From IMG/VR virus record IMGVR_UViG_3300032226_000620, positions 1 to 54,584 of that record: a stretch of DNA of 54,584 nt. One strand, written 5' to 3'. This DNA comes from a virus (lineage: Duplodnaviria; Caudoviricetes). Below the pieces are notes generated by a model. That model did no database searches. It was not told the DNA's origin and worked only from the letters and a program-made list of their open reading frames with translations. Shown here one piece after another: positions 1-8,822 of this stretch. Made by a program: the position numbers and the translations under genes. How positions within the stretch are numbered: the first letter of the stretch is position 1; each line of letters starts with the position of its first letter.

Positions 1-297
1 CCGCCAAAACCACTTCCAACTAGGCTCAGTGTATACAGGAAGTATATCACTTGAGAGTCGTACCATTCTAAGATCTTCATCTAGTGTTCCTACCCTGCTG
101 ACTAATTTGTAGCAGGCTTCTATATTTTTTTCCATTAAATCCCAAAGTCGCTGTTCTGCTTCTTGAGGATGTTCACGCAACCACCTAACTGTGGTAGCAC
201 CAGTATTTAAGTCACGATCACGAGCATTAATTTTCATGCCGTTAACTTCTGCAGGATCATTGATCCATTTGCAGGCAAAGCCTATGCGTTTAGTCAT
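1..297 (-). CDS. uvsE: UV DNA damage repair endonuclease UvsE/UVDE, N-terminal part (runs off the window start)
   Basis: Hand translation MTKRIGFACKW...LNTGATTVRWL...RMVRLSSDILPVYTEPSWKWFWR; the IGFACK and RLSSDILP motifs are typical of UVDE TIM-barrel endonucleases; not in the ORF track because it is truncated. Confidence 0.85.
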   Translation of the reverse strand, partial: MTKRIGFACKWINDPAEVNGMKINARDRDLNTGATTVRWLREHPQEAEQRLWDLMEKNIEACYKLVSRVGTLDEDLRMVRLSSDILPVYTEPSWKWFWR

Positions 298-464
298 TAA
301 TGTACCGCTGCTTTCTCATTAACTGTGCATTCAACTACCCAATCGTTAAATTGAGTAAACTTAGTTACTTCTACTCCTAACCCAACAGCTTCATTTACAA
401 AATGCTGTAACAGCGCATTGTACAATTCGTCGGGCATGGTATCTTTGTCAAACTTGATTTTCAT
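297..464 (-). CDS. hypothetical protein (55 aa)
   Basis: Hand translation MKIKFDKDTMPDELYNALLQHFVNEAVGLGVEVTKFTQFNDWVVECTVNEKAAVH*; its TAA overlaps the uvsE ATG (TAATG coupling). Confidence 0.7.
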   Translation of the reverse strand: MKIKFDKDTMPDELYNALLQHFVNEAVGLGVEVTKFTQFNDWVVECTVNEKAAVH

Positions 465-750
465 CTTTAACTTTTGCAGAAATTACATTGGCGATACGGA
501 AGGAACGCCATTCCTTTTTGTCCAAACACCAAACACTCATGATATCTGGATTGGATTTCTTTTCTTTTTTGGGAGCAGGAAAGTCTACAGGATTGTCTGT
601 ATTAGTAACATGCACTGGAGGTGGAGGAAGCAGAGCTTCATTGAGTGTACACGGCATAGAACGAACTGTTCCGTCTACTTTGGTAAATTCTACTACACAC
701 TCTCCTGTGTGTAGTAGGGCGGATAATTGGTCACGAGTAATAGTAGTCAT
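448..750 (-). CDS. WYL_2/SH3-like beta-barrel phage protein
   Basis: VVEFTKVDGTVRSMPCTL...VWCLDKKEWRSFRIANV pattern of T4-like WYL_2 (DUF2693) proteins. Confidence 0.7.
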   Translation of the reverse strand: MTTITRDQLSALLHTGECVVEFTKVDGTVRSMPCTLNEALLPPPPVHVTNTDNPVDFPAPKKEKKSNPDIMSVWCLDKKEWRSFRIANVISAKVKDENQV

Positions 751-756
751 GCTACT

Positions 757-785
757 ATTATAACACAGTTATTGCCAGTTGTCAA
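757..785 (-). promoter_or_regulatory. sigma70-type promoter, probably giving a leaderless mRNA
   Basis: TTGACA-17nt-TATAAT; ATG at 750 is 6 nt after the -10 box. Confidence 0.75.
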
Positions 786-1587
786 CTACAAATGGATCCG
801 GAACAACATCTGGGTTAGGATCTCCGTGAAATACTGCAATTGAGCATTGTGGATTAACTACTAGGTCGTGTGCTATAAATTTAAACCCACTTTTCCCTGT
901 TCGAACAACTAATTCGTCCCTATTGCGGATTTCCCATTTATAACTCTGTATCCATTCTACGGGCCAAAACTTAATACGGTCTTTTGCCACATGCCATGTC
1001 CAATCTTGATCACCGTGCATCCTTTGGGCATTGGCAGGACTAGTAACAAACTTTTGCCAGATGTCGTTCTGTGTTCCGTGCCGCCAACTCATCACACTAC
1101 TGTTTAACATTCTCCAATTTGGATGAAATTTTCTATTGAAATCTTGGATTCCCATAAATTCGTATTCTAGATTTTCGACCAACTTGTTTATGTTGTTGCA
1201 GATGACCACATCTAGATCAAGATACAATATTCTTCCCTGTATATCTAATGTGGGATCAAACATATGAACCTTATGCCACCACGGTTTAAGATAGCCTGCA
1301 CTTCGTTGATAGATAGTACGAACACCAGTAATTGGTGTAGGATCGTCAGTTAAACAGGCAAACTCATAAGGTACGGTCATATGGCGAGCAACCATATTAC
1401 GCAATCGTTCTACATAATTTGGACCGTACTTTGTACCAAACTTTACACAAAGCACTGTAATTTTTTCAGCGGCGGGATCAATTGGCGTTGATAGATCAGT
1501 CGTTGCTGCTGGAATGTATCCGTTTTGTTTATAAAAACGAAACTGTTCTTTAGTTAGACTGTCTCTTATTTCTCTTGACAATTTCAT
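769..1587 (-). CDS. glycosyltransferase (GT-A fold, GT8-like)
   Basis: [22 protein letters not shown] (DxD), NSSVM, GDQDW and VFHGDP motifs. Confidence 0.75.
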   Translation of the reverse strand: MKLSREIRDSLTKEQFRFYKQNGYIPAATTDLSTPIDPAAEKITVLCVKFGTKYGPNYVERLRNMVARHMTVPYEFACLTDDPTPITGVRTIYQRSAGYLKPWWHKVHMFDPTLDIQGRILYLDLDVVICNNINKLVENLEYEFMGIQDFNRKFHPNWRMLNSSVMSWRHGTQNDIWQKFVTSPANAQRMHGDQDWTWHVAKDRIKFWPVEWIQSYKWEIRNRDELVVRTGKSGFKFIAHDLVVNPQCSIAVFHGDPNPDVVPDPFVVDNWQ

Positions 1588-2392
1588 CTATGGCAACCAA
1601 TTCTTCGAGTATGTTTTTTAAATTATCCAGCTTGATCATGTTAGGCCCATCACTAGGAGCATTATCAGGATCTTCGTGAGTTTCCATAAAGACAGCACTT
1701 ACGCATCCGGTGGCCACTGCCGCCCGAGCGAGGTACGGGACCATAGTGCGATCCCCTCCGGAGACTGAGCCCAATCCTCCGGGCTGCTGAACAGAATGTG
1801 TGGCATCAAAGACCACTGGATACCCGGTGCTTGCCATAATAGGTAGGCTACGCATATCCACAACCAAATTGTTATATCCATGAGTGTATCCCCTTTCACA
1901 TAACATGATGCGTTTATTGCCGGTGCTGGCAATCTTTTCTGCAACATTCTTCATATCGTGTGGAGCAAGGAATTGTCCTTTCTTCACATTGATTGCTTTA
2001 CCAGTAACTCCAGCAGCCAACAATAAGTCAGTCTGACGACATAGAAATGCAGGAATTTGTAAAATATCTACACCTGCATCACTAACTTCTTGTGCCTGCC
2101 AGGTCTCATGAATATCAGTAAGAATTGGCACTCCAAGGCTGTGTTTGACTGTGTTAAGTATTTCTAATCCTTCTTTGAGACCAACACCTCGTTTAGTAGA
2201 TACACTAGAACGATTGGCCTTATCAAAGCTGCTTTTGTAAACAAATTTAATTCCTAGCTCGCTAGCAATGTTTTTAATCTGTTCAGCTGTGTCAAGAGCA
2301 TGTTGTTGACTCTCAATTTGACAAGGGCCAGCAATCAACATAAATGGCTGATTGTTGCCTATGGTAATATTATGAATGTTAAATGTATGCAT
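1550..2392 (-). CDS. kdsA: 3-deoxy-D-manno-octulosonate 8-phosphate (KDO8P) synthase
   Basis: [56 protein letters not shown] signatures. Confidence 0.95.
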   Translation of the reverse strand: MHTFNIHNITIGNNQPFMLIAGPCQIESQQHALDTAEQIKNIASELGIKFVYKSSFDKANRSSVSTKRGVGLKEGLEILNTVKHSLGVPILTDIHETWQAQEVSDAGVDILQIPAFLCRQTDLLLAAGVTGKAINVKKGQFLAPHDMKNVAEKIASTGNKRIMLCERGYTHGYNNLVVDMRSLPIMASTGYPVVFDATHSVQQPGGLGSVSGGDRTMVPYLARAAVATGCVSAVFMETHEDPDNAPSDGPNMIKLDNLKNILEELVAIDEIVKRNKRQSN

Positions 2393-2400
2393 ATAATTAT

Positions 2401-2592
2401 TTACCAGTGCCTAATGGTGTTGGCAATAATAAAGCAACAGGTTATAACATGAATGATTACCCAGAATGTTTTAAAGAACAAAGCCCATCGGGCTTCTCTT
2501 AATGTAAGGATGGGGACATCCGGACGATCGTCGTCTGTGTTCCCCATAAGGTGCCCAGTTGCCCGGGCCCATACTCGTTCAATACTATTCAT
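2401..2592 (-). CDS. small membrane protein, hypothetical
   Basis: 63 aa with a hydrophobic C-terminal helix; coupled to queD. Confidence 0.65.
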   Translation of the reverse strand: MNSIERVWARATGHLMGNTDDDRPDVPILTLREARWALFFKTFWVIIHVITCCFIIANTIRHW

Positions 2593-3041
2593 TAAGCCTC
2601 ATAGATTGCCGAATTGGCACCATGTTCTGCACACTCAACTCGTACACAGTAACAACGATTGCCTGTCTTTTCTCGGATCAAAGCGTCAGCAAAGTTAAAG
2701 GCATGTTCTGCAAACTTTTCTGCGCCTACGCCATCAAAGATTCGGATCTCTGCTAGATCCAGTGCTTCTAGTTCTTGGAACTTGGCCAAGTGTGGATCTG
2801 CTTTATCCAACGCCAACTTGTGGTCAAAGTGATCTTCAAGCCAGGCCTTGAGCGGTTTAAGTCCGCCAAAGTCCACAGCCCAGTTCTTGTTGTCTAATGT
2901 GTCACAGCCAAATGTAAATGTAAACGCTAGACTGTAACCGTGTAGCAAATGACAGTGACTGTGATCTGCGTTGGGTTGACGGAATACCGCTGACAGACCA
3001 ATGTTGTGTCCGTAATGTTTTGTTGAGAAAAATTTTGCCAT
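2592..3041 (-). CDS. queD: 6-carboxy-5,6,7,8-tetrahydropterin synthase / 6-pyruvoyl-tetrahydropterin synthase (T-fold)
   Basis: SHCHLLHGYS, VDFGGLK, FDHK and C-terminal EHGANSA motifs; AGGAG ribosome-binding site. Confidence 0.85.
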   Translation of the reverse strand: MAKFFSTKHYGHNIGLSAVFRQPNADHSHCHLLHGYSLAFTFTFGCDTLDNKNWAVDFGGLKPLKAWLEDHFDHKLALDKADPHLAKFQELEALDLAEIRIFDGVGAEKFAEHAFNFADALIREKTGNRCYCVRVECAEHGANSAIYEA

Positions 3042-3068
3042 CTCTAGTCTCCTTTTTAAGGTAGCAAG

Positions 3069-3121
3069 TTTGACGACATGCAGAGTTTATATAGCGGGAT
3101 GAATGGCGTTAAAAGTCCGCT
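3069..3121 (-). promoter_or_regulatory. candidate structured 5' leader (pseudoknot / riboswitch-like) of queD
   Basis: Stem AGCGG/CCGCU; the loop segment UUUAACGCCAU can pair 9 of 11 with downstream AUGUCGUCAAA; GTAAATA late-type motif at 3140-3146 just upstream. Confidence 0.35.
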
Positions 3122-3125
3122 TCTG

Positions 3126-3773
3126 TTAAGTATACAAGGTATTTACTTCGTTTGCAAGCTCTAATGTAAATTTATTTAAATCAAATACTTCTACATTGGG
3201 CAACTGCCATTCGGTTGGTAAAGTCCATTCCGGCAAATTAAATATTTTAAAAGTTACAGATTCGTAGCATTGAAATATTTTTCTTCCTTGATAGATCCAA
3301 TAGGCAGGATCAACTGCTGGCTTACCAGCTGGGAGATAGTTATTGGTATTTTTATAAACATTGTTAACCAATCGATTCTTTCCGTAAAGATCAAATCCAA
3401 CCATATAGACTGATTTAAATTTTAAGTGTGCGGCTAATAACATAGCATAAGGTCCGCTGCCCCAATGCTCTGGCTGATCAGGTTTTAGTGTACCTTGATA
3501 AGGCAAATTGGGTAAATTATTTACTGAGTCTTTTTGTAATATTTTATGAAAGTCTCTAAAATATCGAGGCCGGGTATAGATGTGACTTATGGTTTTATCA
3601 GCCACAGCCTCTTTAACCATTCTTTGATCACAGCACACAAGATGATCAACTGCAAGATCTCTATGAATGGCATTGCAGCCTATAAGTGTTACTGTATTTT
3701 TTAAGCTGGCAAGATCTAAAGAACTGCGACTTTCTCCGTTGCCAACAACCACAACGGTTTGCGAATAATACAT
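3126..3773 (-). CDS. MptE/DUF115-like (GT29-like fold) protein
   Basis: VVVGNGESR, GCNAIHRD, WGSGPYA, VYMVGFDL motifs. Confidence 0.55.
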   Translation of the reverse strand: MYYSQTVVVVGNGESRSSLDLASLKNTVTLIGCNAIHRDLAVDHLVCCDQRMVKEAVADKTISHIYTRPRYFRDFHKILQKDSVNNLPNLPYQGTLKPDQPEHWGSGPYAMLLAAHLKFKSVYMVGFDLYGKNRLVNNVYKNTNNYLPAGKPAVDPAYWIYQGRKIFQCYESVTFKIFNLPEWTLPTEWQLPNVEVFDLNKFTLELANEVNTLYT

Positions 3774-3774
3774 A

Positions 3775-4902
3775 TTAGCCGCTTTGTTTTATCTCGCCAA
3801 ATGGCATCCATGTTCCCGGACTGCCAGCACGAACGCATACCCATCCTACGCAACGACCAACATCAGGTTCTGTGTTCCATACTATGTCGCCTCTAGTATA
3901 AGTACCGCTGTCGGGTACATTGTTGAGATATTGATGTATATGGTCTTGATATTTTACTGCACCAGCTACATGTAGATCTACTCTAGAATCTCTAGTTCGA
4001 ACACCGATGGCCAATTTTCCATTTAGTACAACTTCAGAAGAATTGAAAGTGATATTGCCCGATGAACCTACGCTCATTCTTGCAATGTTGTCCGTAACAA
4101 TGTCAAAAGGAACACTAGCAAATGTTCCTACGAGGCCTCGACTTTGATCTTTAGTTCCTAGAATAACTTCAACACCGTCCTCACATACTGATAGTCCGGC
4201 ATTTGGACTTTCTATGCCAATACCAAAACGGTTAGTACTATCATTGTAAAATACATATTGTCCTAGATTAACTCCGCCGTCAACTATCAAACCTCGCAAT
4301 CTGCCAACTTCACGCAAATTGCTTTTTGTAATGCCCATGCCTAATGCAGTTGCTGACAATACTGATGTGCCGTCGATACGATATTCTCGATCTTTAAGAA
4401 GTTCAAAATTCTCTGTGCTAACAAACTTGTCAGGATTTACACTGAAGATCAATTGCTTTGTTGAACCTTGGCCTTTTAACAACATGCCCTTACCAACTAG
4501 AGTTTCGCCGCCGGTCACGGTTATTTCTAATGGGGCACTTTGCCCTAATTTTAGATCAGTTTTTAGTTCTCTTACTTCGAGAACATCAACCTTGATAGTA
4601 TTAACAGTTAGTGTATTTTCTACAGACAAGTTACCTTTAACTGAATCAACAGTAAGAGATTTAATCTCAACACCGGAGTCTTTAATAGTTAACTGTTGTG
4701 AAGTTGCTTGATCTTTGATACCAGTACTGGCAAAATTAACAATAGTACCACCTAGTATGTGGTCGCCGGTTAAACTGCGTTTGAGTATTTTGGTATGTAG
4801 ATTATCTAGATCTACAGGGCCGTTGGCCTGTGTTACAAGGGAATTTAGGCTTGAGCCTAAATATGCGAGAGCTTTGTCGAGGTTGTTTTCTGCCATAGTC
4901 AT
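3775..4902 (-). CDS. putative virion structural protein (tail/fibre-like)
   Basis: Beta-rich, RFGIGIESP and KLAIGV repeats, C-terminal GDIVWNTEP..GWVCVRAGSPGTWMPFG; late-type promoter motif upstream. Confidence 0.6.
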   Translation of the reverse strand: MTMAENNLDKALAYLGSSLNSLVTQANGPVDLDNLHTKILKRSLTGDHILGGTIVNFASTGIKDQATSQQLTIKDSGVEIKSLTVDSVKGNLSVENTLTVNTIKVDVLEVRELKTDLKLGQSAPLEITVTGGETLVGKGMLLKGQGSTKQLIFSVNPDKFVSTENFELLKDREYRIDGTSVLSATALGMGITKSNLREVGRLRGLIVDGGVNLGQYVFYNDSTNRFGIGIESPNAGLSVCEDGVEVILGTKDQSRGLVGTFASVPFDIVTDNIARMSVGSSGNITFNSSEVVLNGKLAIGVRTRDSRVDLHVAGAVKYQDHIHQYLNNVPDSGTYTRGDIVWNTEPDVGRCVGWVCVRAGSPGTWMPFGEIKQSG

Positions 4903-4923
4903 GTATTTATCATGACTATGGCA
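4891..4923 (-). promoter_or_regulatory. perfect 13-bp hairpin covering the start codons, with the late-type motif ATAAATA as its loop
   Basis: TGCCATAGTCATG-ATAAATA-CATGACTATGGCA. Confidence 0.7.
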
Positions 4924-4932
4924 TATGGCGAA

Positions 4933-6111
4933 TTACTGTACTTTGAGTAACATGATCTCTTCGTTGATGCGTCCGTTCATCTTGGTATCAACAGCATTGA
5001 TATCGTCTAAGAACTTACGCAGGGCTACTTTACCAGCAGCCTTAAACTCTTTGAGCTGATCTGCTGGCTTACGCAGAGTCTTTTGTACGCTTTTGTGCTC
5101 GTCAAAGTTAATAATACTAGTACCTTTAACTCCTAGGTCTGCAAATTCACTAGCAATGTACTTGCCTAATTTACGGCTCTTTGTGTTATAAGTCCACAAT
5201 TCTTTAGCACCTAGAATGTCTGCAGGATTAATAGACACTAATTTGAGTGGCTCATCTGCTTTCTTATACTTGAGCTTGGCCACAATTTTCTCAGCAGGCA
5301 CAGCTTTTTTAGCTTTAGGTTTGCGATTGACCTTGGCTTCTTGCGCCAACATTTCGCAGGCACTGACAATTTCTTGATAGAACGCTGTAATTTTACGCAG
5401 TTGTACCTTGCTCAAATGGCTGTAGGCTTCTTTTAATTGTTCGTCTTTGGTAGTTGCAGCTTCTTGCAGTTCTTCAAGATCACGAGTATAAAACTCACGA
5501 ATGATACGAGCGTGTGCTGCCTTAGCCTGTTTAGCCTTTAACACATTTAGAACCTTAAATGCTTTTGGATCGAATGCTTCCGGATCAGTTTGAAAAGCTT
5601 CAATAGCTGTTTCAATTTCTTCAGTCATTAGCATACTGGCATCACGAACTCGTTCTTGGATGCTAGGTGTGTACACATCGGGCTTGACTTCTACTTTAAC
5701 TTCTTCGCTGTCGTCAATGTCGTCTTTGCCTTCTGCAACAATTTTAGAAATTTCATTTGCCAACCAAACTGCTGTGCTACGACCTTCGTTAAAGTCTGCA
5801 CGAACTGGCGGCATACCTTTCAACAAACAGGCAGCAATAGCACCTACAGTCATACCGCAACGATTGTCTTTGGTTTTCTTAAAAGAAGAAATCTGATCTT
5901 TAGTATAGCCATTGGCGCTCATCCAATTGATAACTTTGGGTTTGAGTTCCTTTACAGAACTTTCCAAACGATACCAAGCCATTGAAGAATGAAAGTGGCG
6001 GAGAAATTGATTAGCATCCCAAGCATCTGCACCATCCCACTTGGGACTAAAGTCCCGACCTTTAGAGGCCCGAGCAGTTGCTAGATGTTGTGCTTTAGTT
6101 TTAGTAGCCAT
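4933..6111 (-). CDS. hypothetical phage protein (392 aa, Lys/Ala-rich)
   Basis: Long ORF with AGGAG RBS and sigma70 promoter upstream; no motif recognised. Confidence 0.8.
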   Translation of the reverse strand: MATKTKAQHLATARASKGRDFSPKWDGADAWDANQFLRHFHSSMAWYRLESSVKELKPKVINWMSANGYTKDQISSFKKTKDNRCGMTVGAIAACLLKGMPPVRADFNEGRSTAVWLANEISKIVAEGKDDIDDSEEVKVEVKPDVYTPSIQERVRDASMLMTEEIETAIEAFQTDPEAFDPKAFKVLNVLKAKQAKAAHARIIREFYTRDLEELQEAATTKDEQLKEAYSHLSKVQLRKITAFYQEIVSACEMLAQEAKVNRKPKAKKAVPAEKIVAKLKYKKADEPLKLVSINPADILGAKELWTYNTKSRKLGKYIASEFADLGVKGTSIINFDEHKSVQKTLRKPADQLKEFKAAGKVALRKFLDDINAVDTKMNGRINEEIMLLKVQ

Positions 6112-6142
6112 TTTTCACTCCTGTGTGTTAAACAATACTAAT

Positions 6143-6171
6143 ATTATAGCACCGTTTTATGATCTTGTCAA
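6143..6171 (-). promoter_or_regulatory. sigma70-type promoter
   Basis: TTGACA-17nt-TATAAT, with an extended -10 TG. Confidence 0.8.
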
Positions 6172-6374
6172 CCGGCATAGATTGTCTCAACTTCAACCAA
6201 ATCGCCTTCTTCATCTTCGCGATAAATGATGCATTCGGTAATTGCTTCTTCTTTAACATTCAAATTGGCAATTTGTTTGGCTTCTTTCAAGCTCTTAGTT
6301 GTTTCAATCAACTCTTCGTGACCGTCTTCATCGACGGCCCAAACTTCATAGAGTTCCCAGTTCATTTTGGACAA
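6168..6374 (-). CDS. hypothetical acidic protein
   Basis: 68-aa ORF with AAGGAG RBS, in operon. Confidence 0.7.
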   Translation of the reverse strand: MSKMNWELYEVWAVDEDGHEELIETTKSLKEAKQIANLNVKEEAITECIIYREDEEGDLVEVETIYAG

Positions 6375-6388
6375 TCATCTCCTTTTGG

Positions 6389-6955
6389 TTATTCGTCCGC
6401 TTCATCGTCTTGGACTACCCAGCCCAGACGAAACAGATCCTTACGGATCTCATCAGTAACTACACCTTCACCAACATAGGCATCGAGCTCTTTTGCCCGG
6501 GCCTGTTCATCTAGTGATAGTTTCTCGAATTCTTCAATACTTAGTCGTTCATTGCGAATACCACTGCAATACCAGTCAATATAGTCACCTTGTTGACGCA
6601 TATCTGCAATGATACCTCCGGCATAACGCCAACTGCACGACCAGCGTTGATTCTTTAGGATTGGCATAACATCGTGCTTGATAAAATCTCTATTACACAT
6701 TGCCGCATAGAGATTCTGTGCATAGACATCGCTTTCTCGAACTTTTTCTAAAATCCAATCAGTAGAACGAAGATCGTATTCCATATTGTCTTTACGCCAA
6801 TTGGGATCTTCTTCTCGAGACAGCTTATCGAAATCAATATTATCAAACATTTCTAGATATGCTTGGCTAGGTTCTTTGTCATTTTCTTCACAGCGTTCAA
6901 TATACTTTTCTTTTTGAAAGGTATTACGCTTGGGGCTTCTTGAAATTTTTGACAT
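6389..6955 (-). CDS. hypothetical phage protein
   Basis: 188-aa ORF with YAQNLYAAMCN, WSCSWRYAGG, YIDWYCSG segments; in operon. Confidence 0.75.
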   Translation of the reverse strand: MSKISRSPKRNTFQKEKYIERCEENDKEPSQAYLEMFDNIDFDKLSREEDPNWRKDNMEYDLRSTDWILEKVRESDVYAQNLYAAMCNRDFIKHDVMPILKNQRWSCSWRYAGGIIADMRQQGDYIDWYCSGIRNERLSIEEFEKLSLDEQARAKELDAYVGEGVVTDEIRKDLFRLGWVVQDDEADE

Positions 6956-7277
6956 CTGACACTGCTTTCTTTAGAGTTTCTGCATAGTTAAATGCCTGTT
7001 GCTCAGTCATAATGATGCTGGCTTCGTACTTGACATAGCCTTTGGTCAACAAAGTCCAAATAGTCTGCCAACGATTGAGCTTCCACCATTCTGATTTTTG
7101 TGTAGTATAGGTAGTAACAGTGACTCGAGCGTCATCTGCTTCTACCCAAACATTGTGATCGTGATTGTCATCCCCGCACTCGCAGACAACTTGATAGGTA
7201 ATAGCATCACCCCAGTCACTGCGTTTTAAGATTCCTTCTGCAGGAGTCTGTGCCTGTATTCTCTCTTTATCCACCAT
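6924..7277 (-). CDS. hypothetical protein
   Basis: ORF track; in operon; start uncertain. Confidence 0.65.
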   Translation of the reverse strand: MVDKERIQAQTPAEGILKRSDWGDAITYQVVCECGDDNHDHNVWVEADDARVTVTTYTTQKSEWWKLNRWQTIWTLLTKGYVKYEASIIMTEQQAFNYAETLKKAVSDVKNFKKPQA

Positions 7278-7372
7278 TTGTATGTATTCCAGTATTGTTG
7301 TATTGTAACAGGATCTTGTTGATATACAAGTCGTTCTTCACAGTTTTCTATCCAAAGATTCTGTACCCACAT
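7226..7372 (-). CDS. small Trp-rich hypothetical protein
   Basis: MWVQNLWIENCEERL...YWNTYKWWIKREYR; start uncertain; overlaps both neighbours. Confidence 0.5.
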   Translation of the reverse strand: MWVQNLWIENCEERLVYQQDPVTIQQYWNTYKWWIKREYRHRLLQKES

Positions 7373-7541
7373 CCTGAATGGACTCGCAGTCTGAGGGTTT
7401 TGGAGGTCGGTTCCAGCAATAGTCACATTCTTCATCACCACATTTCTCCTCTAGCCATAGGTTACAACTTTCACAATAGTGTGCATCATAATGCTCGTTG
7501 TATTTACAAGCACCTTGACAACTCGAACAAATTAAGTCCAT
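7338..7541 (-). CDS. small Cys-rich putative Zn-binding protein
   Basis: CSSC, CESC and CDYC motifs in 67 aa; coupled to the upstream stop. Confidence 0.55.
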   Translation of the reverse strand: MDLICSSCQGACKYNEHYDAHYCESCNLWLEEKCGDEECDYCWNRPPKPSDCESIQDVGTESLDRKL

Positions 7542-8371
7542 AGACTTTCTCGTATTTTGATAAGACGAATCATCATTTCTTCATCTTCCTTTTCGTAGGC
7601 CTTTTCGATCTTGGTAAGCAGTTTGTGAGCTTTATCGCTGGCTTTACGATCTGCAGGATCTTTGCTATTTAGGCTAGAAAAGAAACTGCCAGGATACTTA
7701 ACTCGCATAGCATCACAATGAGCTGACCAACCGCTTGCTTCGTATGGATCTGGACGATTGCGGTATGTTACTGTCCACCAAGTGTAAAGTTCAATAATTT
7801 CCTTAGCGGCTTTGGCTTGATAGGTCGGCACAGCTTCATGTTTCTTATCTTCGTCTAAGAACTCGGCATTGGTCAATGTTTCAGCCCAATGTAGATATTC
7901 TAAGCCTGCTTCTGGACATCGCCAAGTTCTCCAACGTAGCCATCCCTTGCGATACCAAGGAACATCAAACTTAGTCTTTGCTTCATCACTCCACATGCAG
8001 TGATGCCATGCTTGTTCTATTTCAACGAAGTCCACAAGTTCGTTAAAAAGACATGGCAAAAACCGATTGCCAACATCTTGCCATTGTCCGGGTTTGATGT
8101 CTCTAGGGTGTGCAGTAAGACTATGACTGCGGCTGATCCAGCGATTGTTGATATAATAACGGATGTCATTCAATTTCCTTTCAGGCCAGGTCACAAAATC
8201 TTGTATGTAACCTAGTGCATCTTCAGCTAACCAATAGCGGAAATTGTGTTTCATTTTGGCCGCAGTGGTCCATTCGTCCCATTCTTCTGAGGTACCCGCA
8301 CTGAGCTTTTTGGTACCGCGAAGCCAATCTGCGAAAGGAGTACAACTCCAATATGTTGAGTGATGTGCCAT
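7532..8371 (-). CDS. hypothetical phage protein (Trp-rich)
   Basis: 279-aa ORF directly downstream of a sigma70 promoter. Confidence 0.8.
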   Translation of the reverse strand: MAHHSTYWSCTPFADWLRGTKKLSAGTSEEWDEWTTAAKMKHNFRYWLAEDALGYIQDFVTWPERKLNDIRYYINNRWISRSHSLTAHPRDIKPGQWQDVGNRFLPCLFNELVDFVEIEQAWHHCMWSDEAKTKFDVPWYRKGWLRWRTWRCPEAGLEYLHWAETLTNAEFLDEDKKHEAVPTYQAKAAKEIIELYTWWTVTYRNRPDPYEASGWSAHCDAMRVKYPGSFFSSLNSKDPADRKASDKAHKLLTKIEKAYEKEDEEMMIRLIKIRESLWT

Positions 8372-8398
8372 AGTATATTTTCTCTGTTGAACAACTTA

Positions 8399-8427
8399 AT
8401 TATACTATCTTTTTAGAAACCTGTCAA
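8399..8427 (-). promoter_or_regulatory. sigma70-type promoter
   Basis: TTGACA-17nt-TATAAT. Confidence 0.8.
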
Positions 8428-8444
8428 GATGATTCTTTTTTGAA

Positions 8445-8822
8445 TCAAATCTTTCTTTGGTAGCCGGCAAGGTTAAGCATGATTGAATATTGTTCGTATG
8501 CTTTTTGGACAGCGGCATTGGTGTGTCTATAGTGTGCTTCTTCACGCTCTTTGTCCATAAGCAGTTCAAACATGTCTCTAGAGTGATCACTGTTTCTAAA
8601 GTTCATGAAACGGTTTTCCATTTCTACGAGTGTGTTCAACCTGCTTTCTGGAAGCTCGACTGTATACATCTTTTCAGTCTGTATTTCCATAGTATCCTGA
8701 ATGATGCTGGCATTTAAAGGGTCTGTGAAGAACTGCGGTCTGCGATATCGTGCAAACCGTTTCTGATCATTGATGATATTGACTTCGTAGTTCTCACAGA
8801 ACTTCTTTAATTTTTCTGTCAT
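8445..8822 (-). CDS. hypothetical protein
   Basis: 125-aa ORF coupled by TAATG to the upstream gene. Confidence 0.75.
   Translation of the reverse strand: MTEKLKKFCENYEVNIINDQKRFARYRRPQFFTDPLNASIIQDTMEIQTEKMYTVELPESRLNTLVEMENRFMNFRNSDHSRDMFELLMDKEREEAHYRHTNAAVQKAYEQYSIMLNLAGYQRKI

Noticed and set aside
3069-3121. Canonical preQ1-I riboswitch call
   Set aside because: The loop is too long and lacks the consensus; kept only as an unclassified candidate
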